Source: Geotalea daltonii FRC-32 (GTDB lineage: Bacteria > Desulfobacterota > Desulfuromonadia > Geobacterales > Geobacteraceae). From it: a stretch of 32,000 nt of DNA. Numbering within the stretch: the first letter of the stretch is position 1; every line of letters starts with the position of its first letter. The position numbers and the translations under genes were made by a program. The notes beneath the pieces were generated by a model. That model was not told where the DNA came from. It was given only the letters and a program-made list of their open reading frames with translations, and searched no databases. Location: NCBI RefSeq assembly GCF_000022265.1, contig NC_011979.1, positions 120,001 to 152,000 of the forward strand, written 5' to 3'. Shown here piece by piece: positions 8,622 to 16,059 of the stretch.

Positions 8622-9428
8622 TTACCTGTTGTAAACAGCGAGTATCGCCTCCAGCACCGATCCCCCCAGCGCCCTGGCCTTCTCGGAAACTGTATGGCAA
8701 TAGCCTGCATCGCCCCGCGGATCGATATCGCCGATCTTGAGGCCGGTGGTGACCTGGGAGCCGGGGCGGATCAGGCCGCGCAGGATGCCGTCGATGGGGG
8801 CAGTAACTGCCTCGGTGCCGACCTGGCCGATGACGTCACCTTTGGTTATCTGGTCGCCGATCTTTCTATCGGTGGTGAAGGGGCCATTAGCCTTGGCACG
8901 GAGCACCCTTTCCTTGGTGAAGCCGCCGATGTTCCCAGGTATGCCGGTATTGGCTTCCGCCTGACCTGCGGTAATCAATCGCCCAAGATTATGTCCCCGA
9001 TTGGTTTCAACCACCACATGGCAATCGGTGCCGGCGGTAAAGCCGGGACCTAAGGCTATCACCAGCGGTGCATCGGTAATGGCTGTGCCCAGATTGCGTT
9101 TGGCAATGGTGGCGTCGATGAGGATATCGGGCTGCATACGGCCCACCGTGTCCCCTTTCGGATCGACCATGACGGCGATCCTTCCCGTTTCCCAGGCATG
9201 GGCGAGTCCTGCGCCGTCTTCAATCCTGACTGCTTCGATCCCTTCCACTGCCATCTGCCCGTCATGGACAGCTTCGCAGAAGGATACCTCCCGGCGAACC
9301 GCCAAGGGGAAGGAGGTCTCCAGCATGAGCAGGCGAGAGAACCCTGAGCGGTGAAGACGGCAGGCAATGCCGCTCGCCATTTCCCCGGCCCCTTTCATGA
9401 TGATTACCCGTTCCTTCAGCGCTTTCAT
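8622..9428 (-). CDS. yqeB: YqeB-family protein (selenium-dependent molybdenum hydroxylase system marker)
   Basis: MKALKERVIIMKGAGEMASGIACRLHRSGF..AVRREVSFCEAVHDG matches my recollection of the short YqeB/EF2563 family. Start at 9428, 5 nt after the xdhC stop (9433-9435). The ORF extension to 9638 overlaps xdhC. Confidence 0.7.
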   Translation of the reverse strand: MKALKERVIIMKGAGEMASGIACRLHRSGFSRLLMLETSFPLAVRREVSFCEAVHDGQMAVEGIEAVRIEDGAGLAHAWETGRIAVMVDPKGDTVGRMQPDILIDATIAKRNLGTAITDAPLVIALGPGFTAGTDCHVVVETNRGHNLGRLITAGQAEANTGIPGNIGGFTKERVLRAKANGPFTTDRKIGDQITKGDVIGQVGTEAVTAPIDGILRGLIRPGSQVTTGLKIGDIDPRGDAGYCHTVSEKARALGGSVLEAILAVYNR

Positions 9429-9432
9429 GACC

Positions 9433-10194
9433 TTACTCCCGGCCGTAATAGGTGGCAAGTAGCTGACTGGCAATGCTGATGGCGATTTCCCGTGGGGAAT
9501 TGCCGCCGTTGTCGTGGCCGATGGGGCAGCGGACGAGGGATAGGTCAAGCCCCTTTTCCCCCAGGTTTTTCTTGATGCCGGCCCACTTGGATTTGCTCCC
9601 CACCATTCCCACGTAGCGGGTGTGGTGCGGCAGCACATCCTCCAGCACCTGCTGGTCCATGGTGCCGCTGTAGGTCATGATGGTGACGAAGGTGCGTTTG
9701 TCGCACCAGTTGGCTTTACCGATGAAATCACTGTAGTGGCACTGGTGTCTGATGGCGGTACCGGGAAGGGTGGGGGCGTTGATCCATTCGTCCCGCTCAT
9801 CGATGAGGTGGACGCGGAAGGGGGTGCCTTCAAGGACATGGGCGAGGGACTGGCCGATGTGACCGGCACCGAAGATGTAGAGAACGGGGTTGTCATTGAT
9901 CAGTTCCATATGGTACTCCATGGTGCCGCCGCAGGCGGGAAATTCGCCCCTCGGTTTCAGGGGAACGGTGCCGGTGCCCCCCTGCATGCTTTCGAAGCAC
10001 TGACGGGCATCCTCCAGGGCGTAATACTCAGGCGTGCCTCCACCGACGGTGCCGAAAAAGGTCCCGTCCGGCAGGACAATCATCTTTGCCCCACCCTTGC
10101 GTGGCGTGGAGCCGCTGCTTTTGGTCACCGTCACCAGCACCGCCAGCTGATTGCTGCGCCGCAGTTCGTCCAATTTGCCGATCCAGTCCCACAT
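9433..10194 (-). CDS. xdhC: XdhC/CoxI-family molybdenum cofactor insertion chaperone
   Basis: XdhC N-domain (LVTVTKSSGSTPRKGGAKM..GTVGGG) and Rossmann domain (YIFGAGHIGQSLA..YVGMVGSKSK). Confidence 0.85.
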   Translation of the reverse strand: MWDWIGKLDELRRSNQLAVLVTVTKSSGSTPRKGGAKMIVLPDGTFFGTVGGGTPEYYALEDARQCFESMQGGTGTVPLKPRGEFPACGGTMEYHMELINDNPVLYIFGAGHIGQSLAHVLEGTPFRVHLIDERDEWINAPTLPGTAIRHQCHYSDFIGKANWCDKRTFVTIMTYSGTMDQQVLEDVLPHHTRYVGMVGSKSKWAGIKKNLGEKGLDLSLVRCPIGHDNGGNSPREIAISIASQLLATYYGRE

Positions 10195-10236
10195 GGCGTA
10201 CCTCGTTTAGTCAAAACCATAACCTGTAAAACCTCA

Positions 10237-10322
10237 GCCACGAATTTCACGAATGAACACGAATATAACTAAAAACTCCTTTTGCTTTTAAGTGATTCGT
10301 GCCAATTCGTGTCATTCGTGGC
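10237..10322. repeat. Heptad-array inverted repeat: 3x CACGAAT, spacer, 3x ATTCGTG
   Basis: CACGAAT at 10239, 10248 and 10258. ATTCGTG at 10295, 10305 and 10314. Flanked by GC...GC, in the 137-nt gap between the Mo-subunit stop and the xdhC start. Confidence 0.8.
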
Positions 10323-10331
10323 TAATTGGCT

Positions 10332-12635
10332 TTATGCCTTTGCCTCTTCCCGTTCCCGTTTTTCTTTCAATGCCCGCCAGACCTTTTCGTAGGTCAGGGG
10401 GAGGCTGTTGACCCGCACCCCCATGGCGTCGAAGATGGCATTGGAGAACATCCCCAGCGTCGGATTTGTCGAGCCTTCGCCGATTTCCTTCACTCCCCAC
10501 GGCCCGGACGGTTCGATGCTGTCCACAACCTCCGACTGGATGGGAGGCATGTCCATGGCGGTCAAAAGCCGGTAGTTGGCCAGCTCGGCATTCTTGATCC
10601 GTCCCTTGTCGTCAAAGAGGACCTCCTCCCAGACCGACTCCCCCATTCCCATGTAGAGGGCGCCATGGACCTGGCCGTGGAGCAGGCGCGGGTTGATGAC
10701 CTTGCCGCAGTCGTGAACATCCCAGATGCCGACGACACTGATTTCTCCAGTTTCCTTGTCGATGGATACTTCTCCCACCTGGGCGCCGAAGCTGTAGGCG
10801 GGGGAGGTGCCGACCGCTGCCCCCTTGAAGCTACCCCCCAGTTTGGGAGGCGTGTAGGCGCCCCGGCCCAAAAGCGGTCCCTTGAGGACAAAGTGCCGGC
10901 GGGCCGCCTCCTCGAAGGTAACTGATTTTCCAGTGCGGGATTTGGAGAAGATCACCCCTTCCTCGCATTCCAGGTCATCGGCGGGGAGCGAAAGCATGGT
11001 CGAAGCCATCTCCAGCAGCTGTTTCTTGATCTCTTCCCCGGCCTGCTTGACGGCGGCCCCGGACATGTAAGTCTGGCGGCTGGCATAGGCGCCGAAATCC
11101 AGCGGCGTTATCTCCGTATCGGCGGCGACGATCTTCATCTGTTCGTAGCGGTAACCCATGGCCTCGGCGGCCATCTGACAGAGTATGGTATCGGACCCCT
11201 GACCGATGTCAACGGAGCCGGTATAGAGCGTCGCTGCCGTGCCGTCTTCATGGACCTTGATGAAAGCGGCGGCGTGGGGGAGGTCGGTGCGGTAGATGGG
11301 GTAGCCTGCGCCAGTGACGAAGCTGCCGGTGGCAACACCGATGCCGCGGCCGTGGGGAAGGTTTTTCTTCTTCTCATCCCAGCCGGAAATTTCCCTGGCC
11401 CGCTCCAGGCACTCGCGCATCTTGCAGGAGTTGACCTGGAAATCATTGGGGGTGACCGTGTCGGCACGCCTGGCATTGCGGATGCGGATATCCATGGGAT
11501 CGATCCCCAGGTCAGCAGCCACATTGTCCAGGTGGCTCTCGAAAGCATACTTGGGCTGGGGTGCGCCGTGGCCTCGCTGGGCGCCACAGGCGGGGAGATT
11601 GGTATAGACCCGGAACATGTCGAACTGATAGTTGTCGAATTCATAGGTCATGGGGAGCAGAGCGCCGGCATAGTAGGCGCTGGCGATCCCCAAGCTGGTG
11701 TAGGCACCCCCATCCATGACGAAATTGGCCTTGGCGGCAAGGATCTTGCCGTCCTTGTCCACCCCGGTGGTTATCTCCATGTACTGTGCGTGCCGCCCCC
11801 GGTTGTGGGCGAACATCTCGGCCCGGTCATAGAAAGTGCGCACCGGCCGCCCGGTCCGCTTGGCAAGCACGGCCCCGGCGAACTCAAGACCGGTAGGCTC
11901 CAGCTTACCGCCGAACCCTCCGCCCAGATAAGGCTTGATGATCCTTACATCACCCATGGGCATGCCGAATTCCCGGGCGATGTAGTACTGGAAATAGTGG
12001 GGAGACTGGGTGCTGGCATAGATGGTCAGCTTTTCCCCTTCCCACATGGAGATGGAGGAATGGGGCTCGATGGGGGTCTGGTAGGTACGCTGGCCGACGA
12101 AAACGTCAGTGCGCACATGGTGCGCCTCTGCCAGGGCCTTTTCCACGTCGCCGAACTCCTGGTGGATCTCGGTGTTGATGTTCCGCTCGTACTCCTCGTG
12201 GACCAGGGGCTGCCCCTCATCCATGGCGTGGCGGAAATCGAGCACCGCCGGCAGCTCCTCGTACTCCACCTTGATCAGCTTCATGGCCTTGTAGCAGGTC
12301 TCCTCGTCGACGCAGGCGACGGCAGCCACCTTGTCGCCGACGAAACGGACCTTGTCGATGCAGAAGATGTTCTCGTCCCAGCGGGCCGGGCTCAGGCCGT
12401 ACTTCAATTCCGGCACGTCCTTGTGAGTAATGACCGCCTTCACCCCCGGCAGAGCCTCCGCCGCCGAGGTGTCGATGGAGACTATCCGGGCGTGGGCGTA
12501 GGGGCTGGTGAGGATCTTGCCGTAGAGCATGTTGGGGAACTTGAGATCGCCGGTGTACTTGGCGCCACCGGTAACCTTATCGGGGCCGTCGATACGCGGG
12601 ACGCTGCGGCCGATGACTTTATGGGTATCACTCAT
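10332..12635 (-). CDS. Xanthine dehydrogenase-family molybdopterin-binding large subunit (4-hydroxybenzoyl-CoA reductase alpha-like)
   Basis: 767 aa from the ATG at 12635, with a GGAG RBS (the ORF track starts at 12704). N-terminal VIGRSVPRIDGPDKVTGGAKYTGD and QRGHGAPQ-type motifs of aldehyde oxidase/XDH a/b-hammerhead and Mo domains. Probably one of pcmRST; I am not sure of the letter assignment. Confidence 0.8.
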   Translation of the reverse strand: MSDTHKVIGRSVPRIDGPDKVTGGAKYTGDLKFPNMLYGKILTSPYAHARIVSIDTSAAEALPGVKAVITHKDVPELKYGLSPARWDENIFCIDKVRFVGDKVAAVACVDEETCYKAMKLIKVEYEELPAVLDFRHAMDEGQPLVHEEYERNINTEIHQEFGDVEKALAEAHHVRTDVFVGQRTYQTPIEPHSSISMWEGEKLTIYASTQSPHYFQYYIAREFGMPMGDVRIIKPYLGGGFGGKLEPTGLEFAGAVLAKRTGRPVRTFYDRAEMFAHNRGRHAQYMEITTGVDKDGKILAAKANFVMDGGAYTSLGIASAYYAGALLPMTYEFDNYQFDMFRVYTNLPACGAQRGHGAPQPKYAFESHLDNVAADLGIDPMDIRIRNARRADTVTPNDFQVNSCKMRECLERAREISGWDEKKKNLPHGRGIGVATGSFVTGAGYPIYRTDLPHAAAFIKVHEDGTAATLYTGSVDIGQGSDTILCQMAAEAMGYRYEQMKIVAADTEITPLDFGAYASRQTYMSGAAVKQAGEEIKKQLLEMASTMLSLPADDLECEEGVIFSKSRTGKSVTFEEAARRHFVLKGPLLGRGAYTPPKLGGSFKGAAVGTSPAYSFGAQVGEVSIDKETGEISVVGIWDVHDCGKVINPRLLHGQVHGALYMGMGESVWEEVLFDDKGRIKNAELANYRLLTAMDMPPIQSEVVDSIEPSGPWGVKEIGEGSTNPTLGMFSNAIFDAMGVRVNSLPLTYEKVWRALKEKREREEAKA

Positions 12636-12660
12636 CTTGGATTCTCCATGTTCGCGTATG

Positions 12661-12721
12661 CGTAGGGGCGTACCCGTGTGTGCGCCCTTATCTCGGGCAG
12701 ACACATGGGTTTGCCCCTACG
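12661..12721. other. Nested three-tier stem-loop between the FeS-subunit and Mo-subunit genes
   Basis: CGTAGGGGC/GCCCCTACG (9 bp), CCCGTGTGT/ACACATGGG (9 bp, one G-U in the minus-strand RNA), GCCC/GGGC (4 bp). Confidence 0.7.
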
Positions 12722-12738
12722 AGGGTTGCGATGTTGTA

Positions 12739-13254
12739 TTAATGGTCTTCCGGCGCTGTCCGCCCCTGGGAGGCTGCCAGCACTGCCTCCACAATATGGA
12801 CATAGCCGGTGCAGCGGCAGAGATTGCCGGCGATGGCCTCCCTTACCTCAGTTTCAGTCGGGTGCGGGTTACGGGTCAAGAGCGCCTTGGCCGACAGGAC
12901 CATGCCGGGGGTGCAGTAGCCGCACTGGACGGCGGCATGATTGATCATGGATTCCTGGATGGCGTCCAGTTTGCCGTTGGCGGCGACCCCTTCGATGGTG
13001 GTGATCTCCCGGCCGTCCACCTCCACCGCCAGCATCAGGCAGGAATCAACCGGCTTACCGTCAAGAAGGACCGTGCAGGAGCCGCAGTCTCCCAGCTCGC
13101 ACCCCTTCTTGGTACCGGTAAGGTCCAGCTGGTCGCGCAGTACATTGGTCAGGATGGCGTTGCCCTTTACCAGCACCGTTTTTGCGTCACCGTTTACATT
13201 CAGGGTGATCAGGTAACGCTGCACCCCGTCTTTGTCAGTTATCATTTGTGGCAT
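12739..13254 (-). CDS. XDH-family [2Fe-2S] small subunit (4-hydroxybenzoyl-CoA reductase gamma-like)
   Basis: Plant-type [11 protein letters not shown] and second-cluster CGYCTPG..CRCTGY motifs. Start at 13254 behind GAGGAGG, 9 nt after the FAD-subunit stop (13266-13268). Confidence 0.85.
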   Translation of the reverse strand: MPQMITDKDGVQRYLITLNVNGDAKTVLVKGNAILTNVLRDQLDLTGTKKGCELGDCGSCTVLLDGKPVDSCLMLAVEVDGREITTIEGVAANGKLDAIQESMINHAAVQCGYCTPGMVLSAKALLTRNPHPTETEVREAIAGNLCRCTGYVHIVEAVLAASQGRTAPEDH

Positions 13255-13265
13255 ATCATTCCTCC

Positions 13266-14135
13266 TCACACGTGGCCTTCGTCAATAGCCTTGCGCAGTG
13301 CCCGTTTCGTCAGTACGCCAACCAGGTTACGCCGGTATTCGGCAGAACCGCGGATACTGTCCCGTGGGCGGCTTGCTGCCGCAGCCTTTTCCCCGGCTTC
13401 AGCCAACAGGTCGTCGTTTATTTTTTTGCCCCGCAGGAAGTCTTCCGCTCCCTTGGCCCGCATGACGGTAGGAGCTGCCGAGGCCAGGACGACCCGTGCG
13501 TCCTCCAGGATGTCTCCTGCAACCCTGACCGAGACGGCAACCCCCACAACGGCCAGGGCGCCGGAACGGCGCAAGCCGAACTTCATGTAGGTGCTGCCGG
13601 TGGTGGGCTGGTCCGGGATGGTGATGTCGGCAAGGAGTTCTCCCGGCGCAATCACTGTCTCGGCCGCACCATGGAAGAAATCCTCCAGGGGCATGGTTCG
13701 TTCCCCTTTGACGGATACCAGGCGGATAGAGGCATTAAGAGCAATGAGGATTGGCGGCAGGTCGGCGGAAGGGACACCATTGACAATGTTGCCTCCCACT
13801 GTCCCCATGTTGCAGATCTGGTTGGAGGCCATGGTGTGGGCAGCCATGGGAAGCGACAGAAAACGTTCCTGGAGAAGCTTCGAGGTGTAGATGGCATTGT
13901 GGCTGGTCAGCGCCCCCATGACGATGCCGCGGCCCGGTTCATGGCGAATGGTACGCAGGTCGTCCAGGTGCTTGAGGGAGACCAGGTTCTCCGGAGCCAG
14001 TTTTCCAACCTTCATCTTGTGCAGGACATCGGTTCCTCCCGCCAGAACGATGGCCTTGTTGCCAAGCTCTGCCAGGAGCGTGCAGGCCTCATCAAGGGTT
14101 TGGGGGGCATGATATGCAAAATCGGGCATGTACAT
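13266..14135 (-). CDS. XDH/CoxM-family FAD-binding medium subunit (4-hydroxybenzoyl-CoA reductase beta-like, without a Cys-rich insert)
   Basis: FAD_binding_5-type sequence ([20 protein letters not shown]). 289 aa with only two Cys residues. Confidence 0.8.
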   Translation of the reverse strand: MYMPDFAYHAPQTLDEACTLLAELGNKAIVLAGGTDVLHKMKVGKLAPENLVSLKHLDDLRTIRHEPGRGIVMGALTSHNAIYTSKLLQERFLSLPMAAHTMASNQICNMGTVGGNIVNGVPSADLPPILIALNASIRLVSVKGERTMPLEDFFHGAAETVIAPGELLADITIPDQPTTGSTYMKFGLRRSGALAVVGVAVSVRVAGDILEDARVVLASAAPTVMRAKGAEDFLRGKKINDDLLAEAGEKAAAASRPRDSIRGSAEYRRNLVGVLTKRALRKAIDEGHV

Positions 14136-14191
14136 GGTTCATCTCCTCAGGCTGTCGGGTCTTCCACAACTTTTGTCGGACCCTTGTCATT

Positions 14192-14220
14192 GTTATCTTG
14201 CATACAAGCTATTTCTTCAA
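14192..14220 (-). promoter_or_regulatory. Putative sigma70 promoter with a palindromic box upstream of the reductase operon
   Basis: On the minus strand: TTGAAG (14215-14220), 17-nt spacer, GATAAC (14192-14197). Box TCTTGCATACAAGC at 14196-14209 shares the 12-nt core CTTGCATACAAG (followed one base later by TAT) with the box at 14664-14677. Confidence 0.45.
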
Positions 14221-14236
14221 AAAAAATGGATGGTGG

Positions 14237-14671
14237 TCATTCCCTGAAATCCTTGAGAAACCGCTTAAGGAGAAGCCTTTCCTCCGGTGAAAAGCCCTTC
14301 AGCAGTTCGTCGTTGGTCTGTTCCATGGTTGCCGCCAGTTGGCCGATGGCGGCAGTTCCCTTTTCCGTCAGGTAAACCCTTGCCACACGCCCATCCTGTG
14401 CGTCGGCCTCTCTTCTCACCCAGCCCGACGTCACCAGCCGGTCAAGGATGCCGGCCAGGGTGGCGGTATCAAGGGAGATGCGCCGGCCGATCTCGCCGAC
14501 GGAAAGCCCGTCCTCCTCCCAGAGTGCCTCCATGAACAGGCATTGCATGGGAGTGAGGGCAAATGTCTGCAGCCGTCCTTTCAGGGTTCCCTGGGCGCGC
14601 TGATGGGCTTTGGCAAACAGAAAAACTATGTTGTCCCGGTAGGAGATCATCCTGGTCAATTCCTCTTGCAT
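14237..14671 (-). CDS. MarR-family transcriptional regulator
   Basis: Winged-helix MarR pattern (LTPMQCLFMEALWEEDGLSVGEIGRRISLDTATLAGILDRL..DGRVARVYLTEKG). The true start may be the Met at 14650, because the first ATG lies inside the predicted operator and -10 region. Confidence 0.85.
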   Translation of the reverse strand: MQEELTRMISYRDNIVFLFAKAHQRAQGTLKGRLQTFALTPMQCLFMEALWEEDGLSVGEIGRRISLDTATLAGILDRLVTSGWVRREADAQDGRVARVYLTEKGTAAIGQLAATMEQTNDELLKGFSPEERLLLKRFLKDFRE

Positions 14672-14702
14672 ACAAGATATCTCCAGTGTGGTTTTTTGTC
14701 AA
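14664..14702 (-). promoter_or_regulatory. Putative marR promoter with an autoregulatory palindrome
   Basis: On the minus strand: TTGACA (14697-14702), 17-nt spacer, TATCTT (14674-14679). Perfect inverted repeat TCTTG-CATA-CAAGA at 14664-14677. Confidence 0.5.
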
Positions 14703-14748
14703 TGGGAAATAAAACAGTGTTTCCCGGATTATATGTTTGTTGCCCTTG

Positions 14749-14943
14749 CTAGAGGGATGAAGGCTCTTTCTCATTGTCAGATTTACCATTGTCAGTCAAT
14801 GCGGCCGGCTCCTCAGAGCCCTTCTTGAAATTCCTGATTGCTCCACCCAGTGCCGAACCCAGCTGGGGGAGTTTTGCCGGTCCGAAGGCGACCAGCATGA
14901 TGACCAGGATGATGATGAGTTCCGGCATGCCGAATCCGAACAT
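14749..14943 (-). CDS. tatA: Twin-arginine translocase subunit TatA/E
   Basis: MFGFGMPELIIILVIMLVAFGPAKLPQLGSALGGAIRNFKKG is a canonical TatA TM helix, FG hinge and amphipathic helix. AAGGAG RBS. Confidence 0.9.
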   Translation of the reverse strand: MFGFGMPELIIILVIMLVAFGPAKLPQLGSALGGAIRNFKKGSEEPAALTDNGKSDNEKEPSSL

Positions 14944-14965
14944 AATTTGCGCTCCTTTAGAACTT

Positions 14966-15811
14966 TTACTGGCCTACTGCCTTGTCCTGGCCGTCAAGTC
15001 TGATCTCTTCGAATTCCATGTCCAAAAGATTGATGCTGAGTTTCCGGTTACGCAGAGTGTTGCCGGCGCCAAGGAGAATCTTGCAGACTTCCGCTACCTC
15101 TATGCTGGCCACCAGCGCCGGGGTAAAGGATGGATTGCCCAGCCGCTGCTCAAGGCCCTTGCCTTCCACCCAGCGGCTGTACAGCTGCCGGATTGTTCCG
15201 TCTCCGGGAAACTGGGTGACGACTTGGCCGAACCAGCCGCCGATGGCGCCATGCACCAGTGGAAGCCCCAAGCTGTCACAGCTGTCGGACAAAGCCAGCC
15301 TGGTCGAAACCGAATCCAGTGCATCTACCACCACCTGGACACCATGGAAAAGCTGGGCGGCATTTTTCGGTGCATAAGCAATCTGCACCGGGACCAATGC
15401 CACCGCCGGGTTGATTTCTGCCACCCGCGCTGCAGCTGACTCAACCTTTGCCTCTCCCAGCCTGGCTGGGCTGGAGAGCAGTTGGCGGTTCAGATTGTGT
15501 TCTTCGAACACATCCGGGTCGATGGCGACGATGGTGCCAACTCCGAGCCGCGCCAGCTCTTCGATGATATAGCCGCCAAGCCCTCCACAGCCAGCCACTG
15601 CTACCACCCCTTGGAAAAGTGTCAGTTGCTGGGCAATGTTGATCGCCTGACGATTGCGCTGGTAGCGGGCAGGAAGAATCTCCAGGAGCAATGCCGTTTC
15701 TTCCACCTGGGCAAGGGTGGTACGGAAGCGTTCGGCAGCGGCAACCTGGCTGGCCCAGGAGATAAGGCCATTTTCCGCCCGCTCTGCAAGGAATTGGCGC
15801 AATTCATCCAT
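14966..15811 (-). CDS. ThiF/MoeB/HesA-family adenylyltransferase (E1-like)
   Basis: VAVAGCGGLGGYI nucleotide-binding loop and NLNRQ motif. Start at 15811 behind AGGAGG, 1 nt after the MoaD-like stop (the ORF track starts at 15856). No paired CXXC zinc motif seen. Confidence 0.8.
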   Translation of the reverse strand: MDELRQFLAERAENGLISWASQVAAAERFRTTLAQVEETALLLEILPARYQRNRQAINIAQQLTLFQGVVAVAGCGGLGGYIIEELARLGVGTIVAIDPDVFEEHNLNRQLLSSPARLGEAKVESAAARVAEINPAVALVPVQIAYAPKNAAQLFHGVQVVVDALDSVSTRLALSDSCDSLGLPLVHGAIGGWFGQVVTQFPGDGTIRQLYSRWVEGKGLEQRLGNPSFTPALVASIEVAEVCKILLGAGNTLRNRKLSINLLDMEFEEIRLDGQDKAVGQ

Positions 15812-15812
15812 G

Positions 15813-16037
15813 TCAGCCTCCTGCCACCAAAGGAAAGAGGGCAAGACTGTCACCATCCCTCAGCCGTTGATCCGGATCGGCATGTCTGCCGTTGAGCATG
15901 ATCATGCTGATTTCAGAAACCGGAATCTGCAGTTCATCGATAATCTCGCTGATCTGCGTGCTTGGTGGGTATTGCCTTGTTGCTGCGGCAAAACGTCCGA
16001 AGCGGAATGTGGCGAACAATTTTACGGTTATGTCCAT
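15813..16037 (-). CDS. MoaD/ThiS-family ubiquitin-like sulfur-carrier protein
   Basis: 74 aa ending in ...LFPLVAGG followed directly by the stop, i.e. a C-terminal Gly-Gly. Sits between the AOR and ThiF-like genes. Confidence 0.75.
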   Translation of the reverse strand: MDITVKLFATFRFGRFAAATRQYPPSTQISEIIDELQIPVSEISMIMLNGRHADPDQRLRDGDSLALFPLVAGG

Positions 16038-16059
16038 TGCGCAGCCCTTTCATCCCGAT

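Noticed and set aside
8618-9638. N-terminal extensions of the yqeC (to 8710) and yqeB (to 9638) ORFs given in the six-frame track.
   Set aside because: The extensions overlap the preceding genes and translate to Pro/Ser/Thr/Trp-rich sequence with no family resemblance. Internal ATGs at 8617 and 9428 sit 5 nt after the upstream stop codons and begin the conserved family sequence.
11250-12665. Long plus-strand ORF (471 aa) antisense to the Mo-subunit gene. Similar long antisense ORFs occur at 16372-17811, 22505-23977, 12529-13590, 13248-14375, 9622-10272 and 1555-3369 (minus strand).
   Set aside because: All are low-complexity, Gly/Ala/Arg/Pro/Val-rich translations with no recognisable motifs. 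Each lies exactly opposite an ORF with clear family signatures. These are typical shadow ORFs of GC-rich DNA.
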